A DNA stretch of 64,000 nt. Origin: Candidatus Latescibacterota bacterium. Lineage in GTDB: Bacteria; Latescibacterota; UBA2968. Of the stretch, positions 1-8,211 are shown one piece after another. The stretch's first letter is position 1. The number at the start of each line of letters is the position of its first letter. The stretch lies in NCBI GenBank assembly GCA_965198115.1, contig OZ240241.1, forward strand, positions 2,656,001-2,720,000, in the 5' to 3' direction. The position numbers and the translations under genes are program-made. The notes below the pieces were generated by a model. That model did no database searches. It saw nothing but the letters and a program-made list of their open reading frames with translations, and had not been told where the DNA came from.

Positions 1-647
1 CCGTTCCCGCCGTCGTCGCCATGTGCGAAGGCGTGCCGCTCAGACGAACCGGCATCGAACGGGAACTCGTCACGCCCACCGGAGCCGCCCTCGTCACGAC
101 ACTCGCGTCCTCCATTGGGCGCCCTCGCTCGCTCGTTTCTGCTAAGACAGGATACGGCGCCGGCACGCGGGACCTCGACGAAGTGCCGAACCTGCTACGC
201 GTCGAAATCGCCGAATCCCCCCTCTCGAGGGACCGGGTCGCCATCATCGAGGCCACGATCGACGACATGTCGCCCGAAGCGTTCGGGTATCTCACCGAAC
301 GCGTGCTCGCGGAAAGGGCGCGCGACGTCTACCTGACACCGGTCTACATGAAGAAGGGGCGACCGGGCACGCACATCACGATCCTCTGCGACGAAACGGA
401 ATCCGAAAGGATCGGACGGATCCTGCTGGCCGAATCCACCACCTTGGGCTACAGGGTCACCGTGGCCGATCGGGTTGTCCTGCCCCGTCGCGAAGAGACC
501 GTCGACACACCGTTCGGACCCGTTCGAGTCAAGTGGTCCGAGGTGGACGGCCGGGAACGATGCGCACCCGAGTACGAAGACTGCGCCCGAATCGCCCGGG
601 AAAAGTCCGTCCCCCTCCTCGACGTCTACCGAGCAGCTCAGCGGTAG
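1..647 (+). CDS. larC: Nickel pincer cofactor biosynthesis protein LarC, C-terminal part (5' end outside window)
   Basis: ELVTPTGAA, GYGAGTRD, PNLLR, IDDMSPE, MKKGRPG, ESTTLG and PEYEDC motifs typical of LarC. Confidence 0.85.
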   Translation, partial: VPAVVAMCEGVPLRRTGIERELVTPTGAALVTTLASSIGRPRSLVSAKTGYGAGTRDLDEVPNLLRVEIAESPLSRDRVAIIEATIDDMSPEAFGYLTERVLAERARDVYLTPVYMKKGRPGTHITILCDETESERIGRILLAESTTLGYRVTVADRVVLPRREETVDTPFGPVRVKWSEVDGRERCAPEYEDCARIAREKSVPLLDVYRAAQR

Positions 648-684
648 AAACAAAAAAACGGGCGCTGGCTCCTCGCCAGCGCCC
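648..684 (-). terminator. Intrinsic terminator of the glnA/small-ORF transcript
   Basis: 10-bp stem gggcgctggc/gccagcgccc (660-684); adjacent A-run on + gives a U-tract on -. Confidence 0.8.
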
Positions 685-704
685 TCTGCATACGCCCAGG
701 TTTA

Positions 705-935
705 TCAGACCTCGGATTCGAGAATACGTAGCAACTCTTCCATGCTGGCGACCCCTTCGTGCACCTCTTCAACGCCGTCATCGAGGTCGTCCGCGAACAC
801 GAACCACTCCAGATCTTTCAAGAACTTCAGGCAGTGCCAGATGCCCGTGCGCTCGAAGTCCTCGGAGCAAAGCTCTCTGGGTATCGGACAACCATTGTAG
901 AGCCCCCGAGGGCAGGGCCGTTTCTTCTTTGCCAT
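705..935 (-). CDS. Small hypothetical protein (76 aa; basic N-terminus, 4 Cys, acidic C-terminus)
   Basis: ATG 3 nt after the glnA stop; fills the gap up to the terminator; protein-like composition. Confidence 0.7.
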   Translation of the reverse strand: MAKKKRPCPRGLYNGCPIPRELCSEDFERTGIWHCLKFLKDLEWFVFADDLDDGVEEVHEGVASMEELLRILESEV

Positions 936-938
936 GAC

Positions 939-2279
939 TCAGAGCAGTTTCAGGTCGCGATCCAGTTCGTAGCCCGTCACTTGCGCCCGGTAGTTCGACC
1001 ACTCGATCTTCTTGTTCTCGATGAACTTGCCGAACACGTGGTCACCCAGGGCCCGGCGCAGCAGCTCGCTGCCTTCGGCAAGATCGATAGCCTGAGACAG
1101 ATCCTGGGGCAACATCGAGATCTTCAGCTTCGCCCGCTCGGCCACTGTCAGTGAGTGCGCATCTACCTCGACCGTCGCGGGCAGCTTACGTCGCTTTTCG
1201 ATCCCGTCCAGACCCGCGGCCAGCATGACGGCGAACGCGAGGTAAGGATTGCACGCTGGATCGGGTGAGCGGTACTCCACGCGAACGGCGCTCTCCTTGC
1301 CCGGCTTGTAGGCGGGCACACGGACCAGGTCCGACCGGTTGACCGAAGCCCACGTCGTGTAGACCGGCGCCTCGTAGCCCGGAACGAGGCGTTTGTACGA
1401 ATTGACCCACTGGTTCGTCACGAGGGTCATGTCCGGAGCGTGCTCCAGCAATCCAGCCATGTAGTATTTGGCCGTGCGCGAGAGATGAATCGGGTCGCGG
1501 GCGTTGTAGAACGCGTTCCGCTCCCCCTTGAACAAAGACATGTGCGTGTGCATGCCGTTTCCGTTCACACCATAAATCGGTTTTGGCATGAACGTTGCCC
1601 AGACGTCGTTCTTGAGGGCAATCTCTTTGACCACGAGGCGGTAGGTCATCGCGCTGTCCGCCATCGTCAGCGCGTCTGTGTAGAGAAGGTCGATTTCGTG
1701 CTGGCTCGGGGCGCCTTCGTGATGACTCGACGACACCTCGATGCCCATCTGTTCGAGCGTCAGGACCGTCTCGCGCCGAAGATCGCTCGCCACGTCAAGA
1801 GGCGTCTGATCGAAGTATCCGCCCTCGTCCAGACCTTCGAGCGGGGGTTCGGGTCGCCTGAAGTAGAAGTATTCCAATTCTGGACTGACGTAGAACGTGT
1901 AGCCCAGGTCGGCGGCTTTTTTGAGGTTCCGTTTGAGGACCTGGCGAGGATCCCCACGGTAGGGACGCCCACTGGGCTCGAGGATGTCGCAAAACATGCG
2001 AGCGACCGCTTGATCGCCCTGCGGCCTGAATGGCAGGATCTGGAAAGTGCTGGGATCCGGCATAGCGATCATGTCGCTCTCGTCGATGCGGGCAAAGCCC
2101 TCGACCGACGACCCATCGAACCCGACCCCTTCGTCGAGGGCCTCGTCGAGCTGGTCGACGGGAATGGCCACGCTCTTCAGGAATCCCAAAATGTCCGTGA
2201 ACCACAGCCGTATGAACTTGACCTGGCGGTCTTTGGCCGCGTTCAGCACGTATTCTTTGTTTCCTTCAGTTATTGCCAT
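939..2279 (-). CDS. glnA: Glutamine synthetase type I (GSI-alpha size, 446 aa)
   Basis: FDGSSVEGF, ESDM, HHE..PSQHEI, TFMPKP, GNGMHTH, NSYKRLVPGYEAP, RVEYRSPD..CNPYLA. Confidence 0.97.
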   Translation of the reverse strand: MAITEGNKEYVLNAAKDRQVKFIRLWFTDILGFLKSVAIPVDQLDEALDEGVGFDGSSVEGFARIDESDMIAMPDPSTFQILPFRPQGDQAVARMFCDILEPSGRPYRGDPRQVLKRNLKKAADLGYTFYVSPELEYFYFRRPEPPLEGLDEGGYFDQTPLDVASDLRRETVLTLEQMGIEVSSSHHEGAPSQHEIDLLYTDALTMADSAMTYRLVVKEIALKNDVWATFMPKPIYGVNGNGMHTHMSLFKGERNAFYNARDPIHLSRTAKYYMAGLLEHAPDMTLVTNQWVNSYKRLVPGYEAPVYTTWASVNRSDLVRVPAYKPGKESAVRVEYRSPDPACNPYLAFAVMLAAGLDGIEKRRKLPATVEVDAHSLTVAERAKLKISMLPQDLSQAIDLAEGSELLRRALGDHVFGKFIENKKIEWSNYRAQVTGYELDRDLKLL

Positions 2280-2398
2280 TGATCTGCTTGTTTATCAACT
2301 GTTTAGAACGAGGTTTCGTGGCCCGCAGACTCAGATGGCGTAACATACGCACCGATTGTTTCTCGAATGTTTCCGGGAGATTAAATGCAAAAAGAAAG

Positions 2399-2429
2399 AA
2401 GGGTCTCGGAGACACGCTCCGAGACCCTT
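2399..2429 (-). terminator. Intrinsic terminator downstream of hup (possibly bidirectional)
   Basis: 13-bp stem aagggtctcggag/ctccgagaccctt flanked by A-rich and T-rich runs. Confidence 0.8.
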
Positions 2430-2453
2430 TTGAAGACACTCAAGACCGACCGG

Positions 2454-2729
2454 CTACTGCACGGCGTCTTTCAACCCCTTGCCTGCCTTGAAGCGAACCG
2501 TCTTGCTGGCCGCAATCTGAATGACGGCGCCCGTTTGAGGGTTCCGTCCTTGGCGGGCAGCCCGACTCCCGACAGAGAAGGTGCCGAATCCAGCGATCGT
2601 CACACGCTCACCTTTGCTGAGCGCACCCGTGATTTGACTCAACACACTGTCTACGGCCGCGCCGGCATCCTTGGACGTCAGACCTGCTGAGCTAGCGACG
2701 GCGGAGATCAGTTCGGCTTTGTTCGGCAT
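2454..2729 (-). CDS. hup: HU family DNA-binding protein
   Basis: NKAELI..., [19 protein letters not shown]...[13 protein letters not shown]. Confidence 0.96.
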   Translation of the reverse strand: MPNKAELISAVASSAGLTSKDAGAAVDSVLSQITGALSKGERVTIAGFGTFSVGSRAARQGRNPQTGAVIQIAASKTVRFKAGKGLKDAVQ

Positions 2730-2807
2730 GGTTTCACCCCCTTTCGAAGAGCTTGTAATGCGTCAAAACACACGTGTCGAGGTATGTCCCACCTACGAGG
2801 TCTTACC

Positions 2808-3299
2808 GTGATACAAAACCTGACCCGGAACGCCGCTTCTATCGCGGTTGTCGCTGTCGCAACGCTGATCGTCCGGATACCGGTGCCGGCAACACAGGGG
2901 TATGTCAACCTCGGTGATGCCGCCATCATCGTCTGTGCACTGCTGTGGGGACCGCGATCGGGGGCGTTCGCAGGAGGAGTCGGGTCGGCCCTGGCCGACC
3001 TAATGGGCGGCTACGCGCACTGGGCGCCCTTTACACTTCTCATCAAGGGGATCGAAGGCTTCGTCGTCGGATTCCTCGGCACGGGAAACCCGAGTGCGAT
3101 CAGGACCTTCGTAGCCGCCACAGCGGGGGGAGCCGTGATGGTGGCAGGCTACTTTGCCACAGAAACCGGGCTGTATGGTTGGCAACCCGCGTTGGTGGCA
3201 GCCTGGGCCAACGGAATCCAGGGCCTGGCGGGCGTGATCGTCGGAACGGGCGCGACGGTCCTGCTAAAACGTAGAGAACGCCGATCCGACCCAACTTGA
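2808..3299 (+). CDS. ECF transporter S component
   Basis: IRIPVPATQGYVNLGD, GGVGSALADL.GGY..WAPFT..IKG.EG motifs; about 6 hydrophobic helices; GTG at 2808 with SD gagg (ORF track starts 2784). Confidence 0.88.
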   Translation: MIQNLTRNAASIAVVAVATLIVRIPVPATQGYVNLGDAAIIVCALLWGPRSGAFAGGVGSALADLMGGYAHWAPFTLLIKGIEGFVVGFLGTGNPSAIRTFVAATAGGAVMVAGYFATETGLYGWQPALVAAWANGIQGLAGVIVGTGATVLLKRRERRSDPT

Positions 3300-3303
3300 C
3301 GGG

Positions 3304-3332
3304 AATATAGGGTCAACCCGGGGGACGGTCAA
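3304..3332 (-). promoter_or_regulatory. sigma70-type promoter oriented antisense into the ECF S gene, toward hup
   Basis: TTGACC-17 bp-TATATT on -, same form as the rrn promoters in this window. Confidence 0.6.
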
Positions 3333-3354
3333 CTGGCGTTCTGAAATACGGGAG

Positions 3355-3825
3355 CTACGAAACCTGCGGTGAGGGCTGGGAATCCTGCTGCAAGAGGTCC
3401 CAGACGGCCCGAGGCGACGGACACCGGGGCAGCTGCTGCCGCACGGTCTGTTGACGGAGAAGCCGCGCCAACTCCGCAATCGTCTGGAGGTAGGCCTGAT
3501 CGTGTTTTTCCGGCCATCCAACCAGGACCAGAATGTTTACCCTCCGCCCGTCGTCCCAGTCTACGCCCGCCTCCGAAACCCCCATACCCACGACGGGCTC
3601 CAGAATACAGGCGTCCCTGCAGTGCGGAAGGGCCACACCGTGATCGACACCACTGCCAAGGTGGGATTCCTGGCGGAAAACCGCGGACAGAAAGCGACGG
3701 AGATCGGGAACACCCGGATGACCCTCGAAATGCGATGCAACCTCCCGGATCGCAGACTTCTTTCGCTCCGTCGTCAACGGGGCAACAATCCGGTCCGGGG
3801 TCAATAACTGCAGGAGTCTGGCCAT
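3355..3825 (-). CDS. Stand-alone PTS EIIA (fructose/mannitol/Ntr type) domain protein
   Basis: AVFRQE..LGSGVDHGVALPHCR with phospho-acceptor His; GVDW; YLQTIAELARLL. Confidence 0.85.
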   Translation of the reverse strand: MARLLQLLTPDRIVAPLTTERKKSAIREVASHFEGHPGVPDLRRFLSAVFRQESHLGSGVDHGVALPHCRDACILEPVVGMGVSEAGVDWDDGRRVNILVLVGWPEKHDQAYLQTIAELARLLRQQTVRQQLPRCPSPRAVWDLLQQDSQPSPQVS

Positions 3826-3867
3826 CGCCGTCCTTGGTCCGGCTCTCGCTCGACGCTGGAGTCGCGC

Positions 3868-4722
3868 TTATGCCGGTTCCATCAAAGGCTCGAGGAGCGC
3901 GGCTCGGCGTGGATGCCGGAGCCGACTCAGCGCCTTCTCTTTGATCTGTCTGATCCGCTCGCGCGTCAGGTTGAAACGCACGCCGATCTCTTCCAGCGTC
4001 ATCGGCTCGTCGTCGCCACCCAGCCCGAAGTAGAGCCGCAGTACTTCCTGCTCGCGATCGCCGAGGGACTCGAGCACCTCTTCGACCTGCGTCTTGACGG
4101 AGTCCTCTACGACCTCCGTGTCGGGTGCCTGAAGCGTCGGATCGGGCAGAACGTTCAGTAACGAATGATCGTCGTCCTCCTTGAACGTCGCGTCGAGCGA
4201 CCAGACGTCTCTCGCCCGCATGAGCGTGTCCTTTACCATCTCCTCCGACACACCCAGCTCCTTCGCGATCACTTCGGGTTCAGGCTCAGCCTCGGTCGTC
4301 TGACGCAGCTCGCGTGAGACCTTGGAAATGTTGTGGAGGAGATCGATCCGATTGATCGGTAGCCTGACCACGCGAGAATCCTGGGCGAGGCTCTGGTGGA
4401 TGGCTTGTCGAATCCACCAGACCGCATACGAAATGAACTTGAATCCCCGGTTCCCGTCAAATCGTTCTGCGGCCGTCATCAAACCGACGTTTCCAGCGCT
4501 TATCAGGTCGGAAAGAGGCACACCGTGGTTCTGATACTCCCTGGCAACACTCACGACAAACCGCAGGTTGGCTTGAACAAGCTCGTCGCGCGCCCTCTGG
4601 TTGCCCTTTCGGATCCGGCGGGCCAGTTCGACTTCCTCCTGGCCCGAGAGGGGCTCTGAACCCGAAATGTCCCGCAAGTAGAGATCGAGCGATTCGCTGT
4701 CCTGAATGGTAATGCTGGCCAA
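3868..4722 (-). CDS. sigma70-family RNA polymerase sigma factor (RpoD/SigA-like, regions 1.2-4, no region 1.1)
   Basis: LDLYLRDI, LVQANLRFVVSVA, FISYAVWWIRQAI, TLEEIG..FNLTRERIRQI; TTG start with SD aggagg. Confidence 0.95.
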   Translation of the reverse strand: MASITIQDSESLDLYLRDISGSEPLSGQEEVELARRIRKGNQRARDELVQANLRFVVSVAREYQNHGVPLSDLISAGNVGLMTAAERFDGNRGFKFISYAVWWIRQAIHQSLAQDSRVVRLPINRIDLLHNISKVSRELRQTTEAEPEPEVIAKELGVSEEMVKDTLMRARDVWSLDATFKEDDDHSLLNVLPDPTLQAPDTEVVEDSVKTQVEEVLESLGDREQEVLRLYFGLGGDDEPMTLEEIGVRFNLTRERIRQIKEKALSRLRHPRRAALLEPLMEPA

Positions 4723-4765
4723 AGCTGAAACCTCCTGAGTACCGTCCTGACGTTAGCCGTGTCTT

Positions 4766-5297
4766 TCAGGCCAACATCCCGTCACGGTGATTTGAGTTGA
4801 TCACGTGCTCATACATCGCTTCCGGCGTCGAACTGGCCACGAGGCCCGCTCTCAAGTCCGGGTCGGCGAAGCGGTGCGTCATCGCCGAAAGAAAGGGCAG
4901 ATACGATTCGGATTCCGTGTGTGGGAATGGCGAAAAGACAGATCAGGTGGACAACTCGCGGCTCTGCGACCGAACCGAGGTTGATGCCCTCGCGAGACAA
5001 TCCGACCGCGGCCCCCAGTCGTCGCACGGATCGACTCCGCGCGTGGGGAAACGCCACACCCGAATCGACGACCGTGCTCTGAAGATCTTCGCGTTCCAAA
5101 ACGGCTTGTAGAAAACCGAGACTGTCGTCCACCCATCCAGTTTCGTGCATCGGATCGACCAGCTCCTTGATCGCGCCCATGCGGTCCATTGACACGAGAT
5201 CGGGCACCATCAGTCGCGGGTCGACCCAGGCGCGCAAACCGTCGCTGGTGACCTCGGTCCGCGTCAGGTAGACTGGAGAATGTTCTAGATAGTGCAA
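4766..5297 (-). pseudogene. PTS EIIA-like protein with an apparent frameshift near 4917-4925 (may be a sequencing error); start uncertain (5297 or 5237)
   Basis: AVLERE..STVVDSGVAFPHAR; after FAIP the EIIA C-terminus (ESYLPFLSAMTHRFADPDLRAGLVASSTPEAMYEHV) continues in another frame to TGA at 4766-4768. Confidence 0.75.
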
Positions 5298-5418
5298 AAT
5301 TTGCGCTTTTGGGATGGGCGTGAGAGAAGTGGCGTCACGAATTCCACTGGTTTCGTGTCGAATCGGGCTGACTGAATAGGGTGGGGATTCGGGGCCGGAC
5401 CCGGTTCTCTACCACTCT

Positions 5419-5435
5419 CGCAAGTTTGGTGCCAC
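5419..5435 (-). promoter_or_regulatory. sigma54 (-24/-12) promoter of the EIIA-sigma-EIIA operon
   Basis: Minus strand gTGGCAC-caaac-TTGCg matches TGGCAC-N5-TTGC; directly downstream of a sigma54 activator gene. Confidence 0.9.
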
Positions 5436-5453
5436 GGATTGGACATATGCTCA

Positions 5454-5466
5454 TAAGTTATTGATA
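5454..5466 (-). promoter_or_regulatory. IHF-type binding site
   Basis: TATCAA-taac-TTA matches WATCAANNNNTTR; in an AT-rich patch between promoter and enhancers. Confidence 0.75.
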
Positions 5467-5533
5467 GATATAAAAATATCTCTTAGGGGCCCGATTTCAG
5501 CAGGTCCAGAAGAGGTCTCGATTCCTTCGGATC

Positions 5534-5581
5534 GTGCAAATTTTGCACCCTCCGAACAGAGTTCTTGCGCAATTATTGCAT
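5534..5581. promoter_or_regulatory. Tandem palindromic enhancer (UAS) sites for the sigma54 activator
   Basis: gtgcaaattttgcac (5534-5548) and gcgcaattattgcat (5567-5581), centres 33 bp apart; third copy gtgcaaaatttgcgc at 5292-5306. Confidence 0.75.
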
Positions 5582-6940
5582 CTAATGGTCACTCTTCATT
5601 TTTTTAAGTTTGTATTGTAGACTTCGAACGCTGATCCCCAGAATCTCTGCGGCCTCCTTCCGGTTAGACGTCACGTGCTCGAGTGTCTCCTCGATCAGTC
5701 GACGCTCCATCTCCGCGATCGAGCTGCCGAGTTGTAGGGTCATCACGTCGGACTGCGGAGTTGCCGGCCGAATGTGGGACGGCAAACCCTCTGAACCCAC
5801 TTCCCGATCCTGACTCGTCACGACAAGACGCTCGATGGCGTTCTTCAGTTCACGCACGTTCCCCGGCCAGCCGTATTCGAGCATCTGTTGTGTCGCCTGT
5901 TCAGTCAAATGCTTGCGTGCTTTGTGATGCAATGCACAGAGCTGATCGAGAAAGGTCTCGATCAGAAAGGGCAGATCTTCCCTGCGGTCTCTGAGCGGGG
6001 GAATCCGAATCGGCACCACGTTGATCCGGTAATAGAGATCTTCACGAAATCGACCCTGCTCGACTTCGTGTTCAAGATCCCGGTTGGTGGCAAAGATGAT
6101 TCGTGCATCGAGCGACACAGACTTCGTCGACCCGACCGGCGTGAACGACCGCTCTTCCAGCACACGCAGCAGATCGACCTGATTGGGCAGGGGGATCTCG
6201 CCCACCTCGTCCAGGAACAACGTGCCTCTGTCTGCTTCGCCCAGGATCCCCCTCCTGTCCGCCACCGCACCCGTGAAGGCTCCTCGGACGTGACCGAACA
6301 ACTCGGCCGCGAACAGGGACTCGGGTATGGCACCACAGTTGGTCGGAACAAGGGGGCCGCCCGAGCGGCGTGATCGTTGATGGATGGCACGGGCGACCAA
6401 CTCCTTGCCCGTCCCCGTTTCGCCGTGCACGAGCACCGGGACGTCGGTCATCGCCGCCTGCTCGATCGTATCGCAGACCTCCTGCATGACCGAACTGCGT
6501 CGGACGATCACATCCAGCGCATCTCCCGAATCGAGGCGCGCGCGTAGCTCTTTGTTCTCCTCGACAAGAGCCTGGTGCTCCAAAAGACGACTGAGTGAGA
6601 GCCTGAGCCGCTTGATATCCACGGGCTTCGTTAAGAAATCGAAAGCTCCCAGCCGCATTGCGTCGACGGCTGTGGAAATCTCACCATACGCCGTAATCAT
6701 GATCACCCCGGTCTCGGGGGACCGTTCCACCACCCTCTTCAGCAGAGACAGACCGTCGACACCGGGCATGCGCAGGTCGAGGATGGCGGCGCTGTAGGTG
6801 CGCCGATCGAGCAGGTTCGTGGCCTCTCGTCCGTCGTGGGCGACCTCGACGCGATGGCCCTCCCTCTCGAGGCTTTCACGTAGCCCCTGGCAGATGTGAT
6901 ACTCGTCGTCGGCGATCAGGATGGGAGCGTCACCTGCCAC
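5582..6940 (-). CDS. sigma54-dependent response regulator (NtrC/AtoC family: REC-AAA+-Fis HTH)
   Basis: ILIADDE, LDLRMP, GETGTGKE, GAFTGA, LFLDEV, FREDLYYR, WPGNVREL, AAEILGIS; GTG at 6940 with SD ggag. Confidence 0.95.
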   Translation of the reverse strand: MAGDAPILIADDEYHICQGLRESLEREGHRVEVAHDGREATNLLDRRTYSAAILDLRMPGVDGLSLLKRVVERSPETGVIMITAYGEISTAVDAMRLGAFDFLTKPVDIKRLRLSLSRLLEHQALVEENKELRARLDSGDALDVIVRRSSVMQEVCDTIEQAAMTDVPVLVHGETGTGKELVARAIHQRSRRSGGPLVPTNCGAIPESLFAAELFGHVRGAFTGAVADRRGILGEADRGTLFLDEVGEIPLPNQVDLLRVLEERSFTPVGSTKSVSLDARIIFATNRDLEHEVEQGRFREDLYYRINVVPIRIPPLRDRREDLPFLIETFLDQLCALHHKARKHLTEQATQQMLEYGWPGNVRELKNAIERLVVTSQDREVGSEGLPSHIRPATPQSDVMTLQLGSSIAEMERRLIEETLEHVTSNRKEAAEILGISVRSLQYKLKKMKSDH

Positions 6941-8033
6941 GTGTCCGCGCTCCAGTAAGGTCGGCGTCAGCACGGTGGTCGGCGCCGATCGGGAGGGTAA
7001 GCGTGAACCGTGTTCCCTCCGGTGGCTTGCTCTCGACTTCGATACGACCGCCGTGTTCGTAGATCACACGCTGGGCGATCGACAAACCCATTCCGGTACC
7101 TTCTGCTTTCGTCGTGTAGTAGAGCTCGAAAACCCGATCGAGATCGACCGGGTCGATGCCGTGGCCGTCGTCGACCAGCGTCACCTTGATCGTGCCAGTT
7201 TCACAGTCGAGCGACGTCGTCGCGCGGAGGCTGCCGGTTCCTTCGATCGCGTGGAAGGCGTTGACCGCGAGATTGAGGATCGCCTGGCCGAGCTGGTTCT
7301 CGTCCCCTTCGATCGGCGGCAGGTCCGACGCGAGATCCAGTTCGAGTCGAACGCCGTATTCTCTCGCCTCCGGAGTCACGAGCTCGAAGACACGACGAAT
7401 CACGTCGTTCAGGTTCAGCGAAGCGAGTTCGAGCTGCGGGCTGCGGGAAAACCGAAGAAAGTTTCCGACGATTCGATCCAGCCGCTTGATCTCGGCGTCC
7501 GCCACGGCCAGCCTCCGAAGAAGAGACGCACGAATCTCCTCGTCGAGACCGTCGGCATCTTCGGCCAGCAGCTGAAGCTGGATGTTGACCGCGCCCAACG
7601 GGTTTCGAACCTCGTGCGCAACCGAAGCGGCAAGACGACCCAGGGCATTCATCCTTTCTGCCTGAAACATCTCCCGTTCCAGCCGTCTGAGATCCGACAC
7701 ATCGCGAAGCACGACGACCACGCCCTCGTCGCCGTCAAAGTCGAGTGTCGAAGTGTTGACTCGCAGGGGGCAAGGGCCCGCAGGCCCCTCGAACGTCACG
7801 TCTCGATGGTTCGCGTGCCTTCCCTCGTTCAGCGCCGCAGCCACGGTCGTTTTGATCTCGTCGCATCCCTCGAACAAGATCTCATAGTCCATATTCTCGG
7901 GGTGCCCATCCATACCAGTCAGCTCAATCACGTAACGATTGGCGGAGAGAACACGGCCGCTGCTCGAAACGGCCAGTATCCCCTCGCTGAGACTGTCGAG
8001 AATCGTCTGGTTGCGGTCCTGGAGTGTTTTCAC
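6930..8033 (-). CDS. Cytoplasmic PAS sensor histidine kinase (NtrB-like architecture)
   Basis: PAS (ILDSLSEGILAV), H-box VAHEVRNPL, N-box LNLAVNA, DDGHG, GTGMGL; no TM segment; likely GTG start at 8033. Confidence 0.92.
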   Translation of the reverse strand: MKTLQDRNQTILDSLSEGILAVSSSGRVLSANRYVIELTGMDGHPENMDYEILFEGCDEIKTTVAAALNEGRHANHRDVTFEGPAGPCPLRVNTSTLDFDGDEGVVVVLRDVSDLRRLEREMFQAERMNALGRLAASVAHEVRNPLGAVNIQLQLLAEDADGLDEEIRASLLRRLAVADAEIKRLDRIVGNFLRFSRSPQLELASLNLNDVIRRVFELVTPEAREYGVRLELDLASDLPPIEGDENQLGQAILNLAVNAFHAIEGTGSLRATTSLDCETGTIKVTLVDDGHGIDPVDLDRVFELYYTTKAEGTGMGLSIAQRVIYEHGGRIEVESKPPEGTRFTLTLPIGADHRADADLTGARTRGR

Positions 8034-8211
8034 GGGTTTAGACGCCTTCCATTGCAATGGTGTGCTGAAGCTACGGCCGGCATCGCACTCTGGCAAACCC
8101 CGCCAGCGTCCGGTAGATAGACACCCCATCGAAGGCCCGAAACGGTATATTGCATATATACGAGTCGGCCCCGACCCCCGATGTGCCGCAAGACCTCAAA
8201 CCATCCGTTGA

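Noticed and set aside
2280-2398. Glutamine riboswitch or sigma54 promoter upstream of glnA
   Set aside because: No recognisable glnA-motif core and no convincing -24/-12 element found by eye
8050-8070. Second sigma54 promoter ahead of the PAS kinase
   Set aside because: TTGCA is present but there is no GG at -24 with correct spacing
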